Assembly (NCBI GenBank): GCA_963693055.1
Contig: OY843751.1
Coordinates: 4,576,001 to 4,640,000, forward strand
Direction of reading: 5' to 3'
Length of the DNA: 64,000 bases
From: a bacterium
Lineage (GTDB): Bacteria > Zhuqueibacterota > Zhuqueibacteria > Residuimicrobiales > Krinioviventaceae
Shown: one piece after another, positions 29,601 through 37,535 of the stretch
How the letters are laid out: each line of letters begins with the position of its first letter
Numbering within the stretch: the first letter of the stretch is position 1
The notes under the pieces: model-generated
The model's input: only the letters and a program-made list of their open reading frames with translations
The model's database searches: none
What the model was told of the DNA's origin: nothing
Made by a program: the position numbers and the translations under genes

Positions 29601-29972
29601 ACGGTAACGCTATTTGTACGAAATTCCAGTGGATCAAATACTATGGTCAAAACGAATTATATTATTGTAGTCCATCCAACATCCATAGACGACATGGCAG
29701 GGATACCTGGAAAATTCGATTTACTTCCCAATTATCCCAATCCGTTCAATCCGCAGACCACAATCCGGTTTGCAGTACCGAAAAAGTCTTTTGTAAAATT
29801 AACTATCTATGATATAAACGGAAAACAGGTTCAGGATTTGTTCTCCGGCACCAAAAATCCGGGGCACTATGCCATCACATGGAACGCATCAGGATTTTCA
29901 TCCGGCATGTATTTCATCAAAATGGATACAGACACTTTTTCGTCTGTTAGAAAATGTATACTGGTTAAATAA
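26682..29972 (+). CDS. Large secreted protein: propeller-like repeats, Fn3-like domains, 2 PKD domains, C-terminal sorting tail
   Basis: Signal peptide, KTDxxG..WEK repeats, YYWRVKA, WxWDFGDG twice, LLPNYPNPFNPQT tail. Confidence 0.88.
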   Translation: MNTIKNVCLYIFTFISIALSQDLQIQWAKTYDYGYSYRNIIDFAHDDGFVFSASYNKIVKIDKQGIIQEDWPQDPIPNDQDTRYIQKCNEGYIIAGSDYQDEYEDRIMLKKLDNQGRQVWVKFHYNSGHENHGRFVKQTYDNGFILFYTSFSYADPPASGPPDYWIMKTDPNGEKEWDYEITCGEDQYIEAIHQTSDGGFIVAYNNGNGYLLRLTADGQKIWQKKYKNISYALPTKDGGYIICGNNYSNDYPLRDAAYLKKLDENGDEIWEKIFKGDTKYAFLKNISKPDNNSYLLCGQMRYSDWNSSISWLIKTDSLGNKIWEKTLTEIDVVKQTLKISNNEFLLFGDKDYYTTIIKINENNQQDPSSFALLDPVFYKLGVGTQPCLDWTSIANATSYLIEISENIDMSAPVISKTVSNSSNCIIDSLSYSTQYYWRVKAQFPDGSDQWSGISTFTTMPPPHIEFIDKEYNMSYVDVGDQYYTDREYTIKELPEPLKNCLWIKTQNSDKYVTDDDYIQFQLKRDATIYIAYDNRASAVPHWLSSGFEQTEYTIQSSDEECTFNVWKGRFPAGDVTLGANSATGAEDVQTNYVVFIDIPLQMLDPRDNKSGVGENLYFSWEEIGNFGNYDLQISDSQDMSSPLHNITNINESRYLLKGLDFNKGYYWRVKAHNRNDVDAWYQTQKFHTMAKPPVSISFWSNDFASLSWLEENDQYYIDRNDVVLSIPDQLKNLLWIKTANNDADKDNIRNTDIYFENDATLYVGFDKRATSLPNWVTENFKNTGLTITVSDSANELNIWTRNVDKGHIELGSNMAEGAENIKSHYVILIAPNQIQPLSAHFGSDVTSGVQPLTVNFSDHSQGFITSWVWDFGDGSTSTEKNPSHTYENEGIYTVSLTTSNQDSSDTITKGNYITVKNLVANFSADVTMGKAPLTVSFTDSSLGEIEAWLWKFGDGLTSTSQNPTHVYTSGDSFTVTLFVRNSSGSNTMVKTNYIIVVHPTSIDDMAGIPGKFDLLPNYPNPFNPQTTIRFAVPKKSFVKLTIYDINGKQVQDLFSGTKNPGHYAITWNASGFSSGMYFIKMDTDTFSSVRKCILVK

Positions 29973-29987
29973 TATTAGGGAAAAATC

Positions 29988-32900
29988 GTGAATATAATGA
30001 AAAACCTTTGCCTGCTTATTATTATGAGCTTTACAACAGTATTATCTCAAGACCTGCAAATACAATGGTCAAAAACATATGATTATGAATATGCCAATAA
30101 CATTGATTTTGCACATGATGGAGGATTTGTTTTCACAACTTGTGACGATAACAAAGCTATTGTCAAGATAGACAAACATGGCATTGTTCAGGAAGATTGG
30201 CCGTTAGATTTTGGAGAAAATCCCATCTATGGTTATCTACAAAAGTGCAATGAAGGCTATATAATGATAGGTACTACTCCAATGTTGATAAAACTTGACA
30301 ACCAGGGCCGGCAGGAATGGGAAAAACAATATTACGAAAATGAATATGGTGAAGTTGATTATTGGTACACTGGTGAATTTGTCAAACAAACTCATGACAA
30401 TGGATACATTCTTTTTTGTACTACAAACAACAATGCTGATCCCTCGGGTTCTCGCAGGAGCTTTATGTTTATTAAAACAGACCCCAATGGGGAAATAGAG
30501 TGGGAAAGCGGGGCCAGTGGTAATTATTATGGATCAAATACATCTATAGGTGTACATCAATTATCAGATGGTGGTTATCTTTTCGCCTATAACAACGATT
30601 ATGGCGGCTTGACCCGGTTATCACCAGAAGGAAAAGAAATCTGGGAAAAAAGTTATGACAAATACATAAAATACGCCTTGCCGGCAGATGATGGTGGTTT
30701 CTTTATTTGCGGTAACACCTATTCACAGGATAGTCCTACACAAGATGCAGTTTATTTAATAAAAGTAGACAAGTATGGAGAAGAAATTTGGGAAAAGACA
30801 TTTACTTTTTCAGGTAATATGCCATATATCTATATAAATGAGATGATTAAATTGAATGACAATAGCTATCTATTATGCGGCAATAATATTGACAGATCAG
30901 ATTGGACATCAAAAGGCTGGTTAATCAAAACGGATAATTTTGGGAATAAAATATGGGAAAAAAATTTTACTGAAATTGATAATATCAAACAAATTTTAAG
31001 AGTCTCCGACAATGAATTTATTTTGTTTGGTAACAAAGATTATTATGCAACAGTTGTCCATATCAAAGAAAACAGCCAACAAGAATCCGCAACTCTTGAA
31101 TTATTAGATCCGGTTAACTATAAATTAGGAGTTGGATCTCGTCTTAATCTGGACTGGACCAGCATTGCCGATGCTTCATCATACCTTCTTGAAATTGATG
31201 ATGATAGTGACATGTCAAGCCCCCTCATTTCGAAAACAGTTTCAAGCAGTTCAGATTGTATCATCGATAGTTTATCATATTCTGCAAAATATTACTGGAG
31301 GGTCAGGGCCCAATTATCCGATGGTTCCGAAAGTTGGTCAAATATCAGAACATTTACAACAATGCCTTCCCCACACCTCGAGTTTAACGGACCGGATGGC
31401 TGCATCCTGTCATACGTAGATGTTGGAGATCAATATTACACGGACAGAGAGTATACAATATCAGAATTTCCAAATCAATTTAAAAATTGTTTATGGATCA
31501 AAACTAAAAACAGTGAAAAATATTTAACTGATGACAATTACATTCAATTTCAATTAAAAAGAGACGCTACTGTCTATATCGCCTATGATAATCGGGCAAG
31601 TTCTGTTCCCCATTGGTTGTCATCCGGGTTTGAGCAAACACAATACACAATCGAAAGTACTGATGAATACTCTAATTTTAATGTCTGGCAGGGCCAATTT
31701 GCTGCAGGCAAAGTAACCTTGGGGGCCAATTCGGCAAGTGGAGCAGAAGGTGTGCTTACAAATTATGTTGTGCTCCTGGATATCCCCTTGCAAACACTTG
31801 ATCCCAAAAACAATAAAGACGGGATTGGAAATTATTTATACTTGAGTTGGGAAATAACAGGAAATTTCAAAAATTATGACCTGCAAGTCAGCGAAAACCA
31901 GGATATGTCGTCACCACTATACGATATTACCAATTTAATGAATCCCAGGTATTTAATAAAAAACCTGGATTATAATAAAGACTATTACTGGAGGGTCAAA
32001 GCGATCAACCGTTCTGATGATAACGCATGGTCCCGGACTCAAAAATTTCATACAATGCATGAACCTCCAGTTCAAATTCCAACATGGAATAAATTTTATA
32101 CCTCATCTTATTATGTATTATCATGGCTTGAAGAAAACGATCAATACTATATTGACCGGGATGATGTGGTCCTTTCTATCCCAGATCCGTTAAAGGGTTT
32201 ACTGTGGTTTAAAACTGCAAATTATGATGCAGATAGAGAATATATCTATCACAAGAGTATCCAATTAGAAACAGCAGCAACTATTTACGTTGGTTTTGAT
32301 TCAAGGGCAACATCCCTGCCAGACTGGGTAACAGAAAATTATAGCAACACCGGATTGACTATAACCGTTTCTGATTCAGCAAATGAATTAAATATATGGG
32401 CCCGAAATGTTGAAAAAGGCGATGTCGCCCTGATGGCAAACATGGCAGAAGGTGCTGAAAACATTAAAAGTCATTATGTCGTTTTAATAGACACCAACCA
32501 GGTACAACCTCTCTCTACTCATTTTGGTTCAGATGTAACCTCGGGAGTACTCCCGTTAACCGTTAATTTCGCAGACAGTTCTCAGGGTTATATAACGTCA
32601 TGGTTATGGGATTTTGGTGATGGATCGACCTCTATAGAGCAGAATCCCTCACATACCTATGATACCACAGGCAGTTATACCGTTAGCTTGACAGTTAGTG
32701 GTATGGGCAGTTCTGATACCATAACAAAAGAAAATTACATTACAGTTAAAAATGTGATAGCAAATTTTAGTGCGGATGTGACCACGGGAAAAGCACCGCT
32801 TTCCGTTAGTTTTACAGACAGTTCACTGGGCGAAATTGACGCATGGTTATGGAAGTTTGGAGACGGACTCACAAGCACGTCGCAAAATCCAACGCATGTA

Positions 32901-33293
32901 TACACATCCGGCGACTCGTTCACCGTATCGCTGTTCGCGCGCGGACCCGGTGGATCAAATACAATTGTCAAATCGAATTTCATTATTGTAGACCACCCCA
33001 CATCCATAAATGACATGGCCGGGATACCGGAAAAGTTCGATCTGCTTCCCAATTACCCAAATCCATTCAATCCGCAGACCACAATCCGGTTTGCGGTACC
33101 GAAAAAGTCTTTTGTAAAATTAACTATCTATGATATAAACGGAAAACAGGTTCAGGATTTGTTCTCCGGCACCAAAAATCCGGGGCACTATGCCATCACA
33201 TGGAACGCATCAGGATTTTCATCCGGCATGTATTTCATCAAAATGGATACGGATACCTACTCGTCAGTTCAAAAATGTTTGCTTGTTAAATAA
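29988..33293 (+). CDS. Tandem paralog of the preceding secreted PKD protein
   Basis: Same domain order; near-identical C-terminal tail. Confidence 0.88.
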   Translation: MNIMKNLCLLIIMSFTTVLSQDLQIQWSKTYDYEYANNIDFAHDGGFVFTTCDDNKAIVKIDKHGIVQEDWPLDFGENPIYGYLQKCNEGYIMIGTTPMLIKLDNQGRQEWEKQYYENEYGEVDYWYTGEFVKQTHDNGYILFCTTNNNADPSGSRRSFMFIKTDPNGEIEWESGASGNYYGSNTSIGVHQLSDGGYLFAYNNDYGGLTRLSPEGKEIWEKSYDKYIKYALPADDGGFFICGNTYSQDSPTQDAVYLIKVDKYGEEIWEKTFTFSGNMPYIYINEMIKLNDNSYLLCGNNIDRSDWTSKGWLIKTDNFGNKIWEKNFTEIDNIKQILRVSDNEFILFGNKDYYATVVHIKENSQQESATLELLDPVNYKLGVGSRLNLDWTSIADASSYLLEIDDDSDMSSPLISKTVSSSSDCIIDSLSYSAKYYWRVRAQLSDGSESWSNIRTFTTMPSPHLEFNGPDGCILSYVDVGDQYYTDREYTISEFPNQFKNCLWIKTKNSEKYLTDDNYIQFQLKRDATVYIAYDNRASSVPHWLSSGFEQTQYTIESTDEYSNFNVWQGQFAAGKVTLGANSASGAEGVLTNYVVLLDIPLQTLDPKNNKDGIGNYLYLSWEITGNFKNYDLQVSENQDMSSPLYDITNLMNPRYLIKNLDYNKDYYWRVKAINRSDDNAWSRTQKFHTMHEPPVQIPTWNKFYTSSYYVLSWLEENDQYYIDRDDVVLSIPDPLKGLLWFKTANYDADREYIYHKSIQLETAATIYVGFDSRATSLPDWVTENYSNTGLTITVSDSANELNIWARNVEKGDVALMANMAEGAENIKSHYVVLIDTNQVQPLSTHFGSDVTSGVLPLTVNFADSSQGYITSWLWDFGDGSTSIEQNPSHTYDTTGSYTVSLTVSGMGSSDTITKENYITVKNVIANFSADVTTGKAPLSVSFTDSSLGEIDAWLWKFGDGLTSTSQNPTHVYTSGDSFTVSLFARGPGGSNTIVKSNFIIVDHPTSINDMAGIPEKFDLLPNYPNPFNPQTTIRFAVPKKSFVKLTIYDINGKQVQDLFSGTKNPGHYAITWNASGFSSGMYFIKMDTDTYSSVQKCLLVK

Positions 33294-33295
33294 AT

Positions 33296-33326
33296 GTGCA
33301 CCCCGGGCATCTTGCCCGGGCTTTTT
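33296..33326. repeat. REP-like palindrome, copy 2 (could also terminate transcription)
   Basis: gtgcaccccgggcatcttgcccgggc followed by a T-run, 2 bp after the stop. Confidence 0.75.
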
Positions 33327-33682
33327 TCGGACCAAAATCCCAAGTATTCGTAGAATGATAGGATTCTTAATGTGACAACTGCACCAATCCAAACATGTCG
33401 ATCAGGCATTACAAACTCTGCAGGAATTCATACGTTTTCACCAGAATATCAAATATTTTTCATTTAACGAGAACAATAAGTAACGTTATACGTTTATAAT
33501 TAAAACCGACCCGGCATATACAATCGCGATGGGAAAAAAGTATTGAGATAAAAAATCACAATTATAATCAAGACCTTCGTATCAAAATCCTCAGCGCTCG
33601 TTCATACTCTACTCTTAGAATCAAAGGTCAAAATTAAGCCTGCCCGGTGAAACGGGAGTACTTGAAAAAGGAGTAAACACTT

Positions 33683-36349
33683 ATGAAAAAAACACTTTTT
33701 CTTCTCGTCCTTATCCTATTCTTTTCAAATACCCTGACCGCTCAACGACTGCTAACAAGTATAAATTCTGGCTGGAAATTCCATCAAGGAGATATCGACT
33801 CTCAGGTTAATGAGATTAACACAGAAAATTGGGAAATTGTCAACCTGCCTCACACCTGGAATGTTAGTGATGCTTTTAATGAAACCCGGGGTTATTATCG
33901 CGGAGCAGGCTGGTATGTAAAAAAACTGTCAGCACCAATGGACTGGAAGGGCAAACGTGTTTTTTTCAAATTTGAAGGTGCCAACCAAACCACGGAATTG
34001 TTTTTAAATGGAGAACTGATAGGAAAGCATTTAGGTGGGTACACCGGATTTGGATTTGACTTGTCGAATAATCTGAAATATGGTGAAATAAACACGATTT
34101 CAGTTAAAGTAGATAATGCACACGATGGAAATATTCCTCCATTAAGAGCAGATTACACTTTTTATGGTGGTATTTATCGTAATGTATGGCTGCTTGTTGC
34201 AGAGCCCATCCATTTTGACCTTTCAAATTATGCTTCTGACGGTGTATTTATCGATACGCCAGAGGTGAATGAAAAGAAAGCGTTGGTTACAGTACATGGC
34301 AGTTTGGTAAACAATACGTTAGATAAAAAGACGGTCATTATTGAAACCACAGTTATTGATAAAAACAATGCAGTTGTTGCAAACAAATCATCAAAACTGG
34401 TACTTGGACCCAACAGCAAAAGCGAATTCTCTTTAGAAAATATGGAAATTCACTCACCAAACCTCTGGAGTCCTGACAATCCATATCTTTATAAAACCAT
34501 CACCCAAATCAGTGAAGATCGAAAGAATTCCATCATTTTAGACAAGATGGTATTACCCATGGGGCTCAGATGGTTCAACTTTGATGACCAAAATCGTTTT
34601 TGTCTCAATGGCAAGCCCTTAAAGCTCGTTGGAGCAAGTCGTCATCAGGATTATAAAAATTTGGGAAATGCCCTGACCGATGATTATCACTATAATGACT
34701 ATAAACATATAAAAGAGCTGGGCTTTAATTTTGTACGCCTCGCACACTATCCACAGGCACCAGAGGTTTACAAAACATGTGATGAGCTTGGATTATTGGT
34801 ATGGTCAGAGATTCCAATTGTTAGTGGGGTCACCGTATCAAAAGAATTTTCAAATAACTGTATTGAAATGCAAAAAGAGCATATTCGTCAAACACGAAAT
34901 CATCCAAGCGTTGTTTTATATGGATACATGAATGAGGTGATCATTAGCTTGCAGTTCAATAGAAGACTTGAAGAGCAGGATCGTCAAAAAACCGTAAACA
35001 GGATAATTGAATTAGCAAATCAACTCGATGATTTAACCAAAGCCGAGGCGCCAGATCGCTTTACCGTAATGGCAATGCATCATAATACAGGATACAATGA
35101 ATATGGATTGACTGAAATTCCAGATGTTGTTGGCTGGAATCTCTATTTTGGCTGGTATTATAATACCATAGAAGACTTGGGAAAATTTTTAGCTGAACAA
35201 CACAACATGTATCCAAACCAACGCATGATTGTTTCAGAATATGGTCCCGGAACAGATGTACGTATTCACTCTACAACTCCAAACGCAACAGATTTTTCTG
35301 AAGATTTTCAATATGTAATGCATGCATCATATCTTAAACAAATGATGAATTTGCCATATCTGGCTGGATTCGCGGCATGGAATTATGCAGATTTTGGCTC
35401 AAGTGGACGAGCTGATGCAATTCCTTCTATCAATCAAAAAGGGTTGGTAAATTATGATCGCAGCGAAAAAGATGTTTGCGGACTTTACCGTGCCTATTTT
35501 TTGAATGATCCAATCATCTATATTGCTTCACGCAACTTTACTCTGCGTACGGGTATTGAACAGGATAAAGGAACAGGAATTTGCAACGATAATGTAAAGA
35601 TATTTACTAATCAACAAGAAATTGAATTGAAACTTGACGGCAAAGTAATTGGAAAGAAAAAAGTAACTGATCATGAAGTAAATTTTAATGTACCTTTTAA
35701 TAATGGCAAAAATATTCTAACAGCATCTGATAATAATGGACATTCAGATCAGGTTACCATTGAATACAATGTTCTGCCTTTTCACCTTGATTCTGGCGGC
35801 GTTAAAGATCTTGCAGTCAATGTAGGGTCTGATGTGTCTTTTTATGATCCGGGAACCAAAGTCATGTGGATTCCTGACCGCCAATATACAGAAAAATCCT
35901 GGGGATATATTGGAGGAGCTCCCTATACAGTACAGAGAAGACAGCTGCAAACCGGAGTCACCCAAAACATTCTGGGTACAGATTGCAACCCCTTATTTCA
36001 AACTTTTGTTGAAGGCATTACCGGGTATCGTTTCGATGTTCCAGATGGTCAATATAAACTCACACTACTTTTTCAAGAATACAACGATCCCAATGGGCGC
36101 AACAGACTAATATACAACTTGTCAACAGACGATTCTTCTAAAGATCGCAAAGAACGAGAGTTTGACATCACCATTAATGGGGAAAAAGCCATAAGCAAAC
36201 TAAATCTGGAACGGGATTATGGTAGCTTAAGAGCCGTTACATTTGATTTTATAATAAATGCAGAAAATGGCAAAGGAATCAAAGTAAATTTCAATCCATT
36301 ATCCGGCGTCGCACTATTAAGTGGAATTCGCATTACTTGCATCCCGTAA
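33683..36349 (+). CDS. Glycoside hydrolase family 2 (beta-galactosidase-like) with C-terminal malectin-like domain
   Basis: VNLPHTWN, FEGAN, HLGGYTGF, YGGIYRNV, GFNFVRLAHYPQ, RNHPSV...MNE, VSEYG; tail YRFDVPDGQYKLTLLF. Confidence 0.93.
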   Translation: MKKTLFLLVLILFFSNTLTAQRLLTSINSGWKFHQGDIDSQVNEINTENWEIVNLPHTWNVSDAFNETRGYYRGAGWYVKKLSAPMDWKGKRVFFKFEGANQTTELFLNGELIGKHLGGYTGFGFDLSNNLKYGEINTISVKVDNAHDGNIPPLRADYTFYGGIYRNVWLLVAEPIHFDLSNYASDGVFIDTPEVNEKKALVTVHGSLVNNTLDKKTVIIETTVIDKNNAVVANKSSKLVLGPNSKSEFSLENMEIHSPNLWSPDNPYLYKTITQISEDRKNSIILDKMVLPMGLRWFNFDDQNRFCLNGKPLKLVGASRHQDYKNLGNALTDDYHYNDYKHIKELGFNFVRLAHYPQAPEVYKTCDELGLLVWSEIPIVSGVTVSKEFSNNCIEMQKEHIRQTRNHPSVVLYGYMNEVIISLQFNRRLEEQDRQKTVNRIIELANQLDDLTKAEAPDRFTVMAMHHNTGYNEYGLTEIPDVVGWNLYFGWYYNTIEDLGKFLAEQHNMYPNQRMIVSEYGPGTDVRIHSTTPNATDFSEDFQYVMHASYLKQMMNLPYLAGFAAWNYADFGSSGRADAIPSINQKGLVNYDRSEKDVCGLYRAYFLNDPIIYIASRNFTLRTGIEQDKGTGICNDNVKIFTNQQEIELKLDGKVIGKKKVTDHEVNFNVPFNNGKNILTASDNNGHSDQVTIEYNVLPFHLDSGGVKDLAVNVGSDVSFYDPGTKVMWIPDRQYTEKSWGYIGGAPYTVQRRQLQTGVTQNILGTDCNPLFQTFVEGITGYRFDVPDGQYKLTLLFQEYNDPNGRNRLIYNLSTDDSSKDRKEREFDITINGEKAISKLNLERDYGSLRAVTFDFIINAENGKGIKVNFNPLSGVALLSGIRITCIP

Positions 36350-36395
36350 ACATCTGATCTTTACAAAATAATTGCACATTATTTTAATCATTTAA

Positions 36396-36418
36396 ACCCC
36401 GGGCATCTTGCCCGGGGT
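36396..36418. repeat. REP-like palindrome, copy 3
   Basis: accccgggca-tct-tgcccggggt, perfect 10-bp stem. Confidence 0.8.
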
Positions 36419-36421
36419 ACT

Positions 36422-36579
36422 AGTCTGCATTAGGATTTCCAGGATTAACAGGATGAAAAGATTAAAAAAAAACGAACATAATCCAATCCTGTTAATCCTC
36501 AAATCCTATAAATCATAATTCAGACAAACAATCTCTAATCAAGGCAATCCTTAAATCCTGTTAATCTGAGTTCAGACAA
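36422..36579. repeat. 8-9 bp periodic inverted element: one left arm and two right arms
   Basis: agtctgcattaggatttccaggattaacaggatgaaaagatt ... aatcctgttaatcctcaaatcctataaatcataattcagacaa ... aatcaaggcaatccttaaatcctgttaatctgagttcagacaa. Confidence 0.75.
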
Positions 36580-36589
36580 GCAACCATCC

Positions 36590-37276
36590 CTAAAAAGCAT
36601 AGCCAATTGAAAACTCGCCCAAAAACGGACCGCTAAACTCATAATCTTTTTCAAATTGGTCCATCGCACTTGAAATCCCAGGAGTCGAAGGATCAATATT
36701 ACGGTCCTGCTTGTAAAAGCCATAACCCAAAGCAAAGTTAATATTAAAACCATTGTTCCAAACCCATCTTTTCCCCACATTCAACCCCAAAGTAAACTCA
36801 GGCATGGTGAAATCAAAATCAGTCCCCTCCAATTGCCCCGTGCCGTTAAACTCGCGGTAGCGTACATATGTACCAAAATAGAGTGACTTTAACTGTTTGG
36901 CCAAATGCCAGCGATAATTTAAAACTATCGCATATCCACTGGCTTCAATATTCGCATCGGTAAAAGTCCCCGGTACACTTTCATAATCCAAACGTACAAC
37001 CAACCCATGCGCCGGAGTAAACAAATGTTCATAATTGGCAGAAAAATAACCAAAAGCCAATGCAAGCGGACACATATTAACAGCATTCGTAAATTGTTCA
37101 ACAGATGTCTCTTTATTAGAATTATCCATACTTGCATTCCCCTGCGCATAGAGATTGACGGCAGAAAAAAGCCCCACCAGCAGCACAATCAAACCAATAT
37201 GACCGAATCGATTTATTTTTACAAAAAAATATTGAATTGCCAGAGTCAGAGTACCATTAGATGTTCGAGTGTTCAT
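36590..37276 (-). CDS. Outer-membrane beta-barrel protein (DUF3575-like)
   Basis: Signal peptide, alternating amphipathic strands, terminal FSIGYAF. Confidence 0.7.
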   Translation of the reverse strand: MNTRTSNGTLTLAIQYFFVKINRFGHIGLIVLLVGLFSAVNLYAQGNASMDNSNKETSVEQFTNAVNMCPLALAFGYFSANYEHLFTPAHGLVVRLDYESVPGTFTDANIEASGYAIVLNYRWHLAKQLKSLYFGTYVRYREFNGTGQLEGTDFDFTMPEFTLGLNVGKRWVWNNGFNINFALGYGFYKQDRNIDPSTPGISSAMDQFEKDYEFSGPFLGEFSIGYAF

Positions 37277-37535
37277 ATATTAATCCTATATAAAGTTATT
37301 TGCCTTGAGTAAAACTCTACACTGTATTTACAACATGATTGAAATGAATTATAAGATCATAATGGCAGATTAAACAGCAGCAATTCGTATTTAATTCCCC
37401 CCCAAAAATAATAAATCCGCAAACAACAACACAAAGTTCAGCCACACCTGTATAACAAAACCCCTCTAATAAATCCAACAAATATGGCTTTACCTCGAGG
37501 GGCTAAATCAATATCTTTTAAAAAAATCAAGAAAT

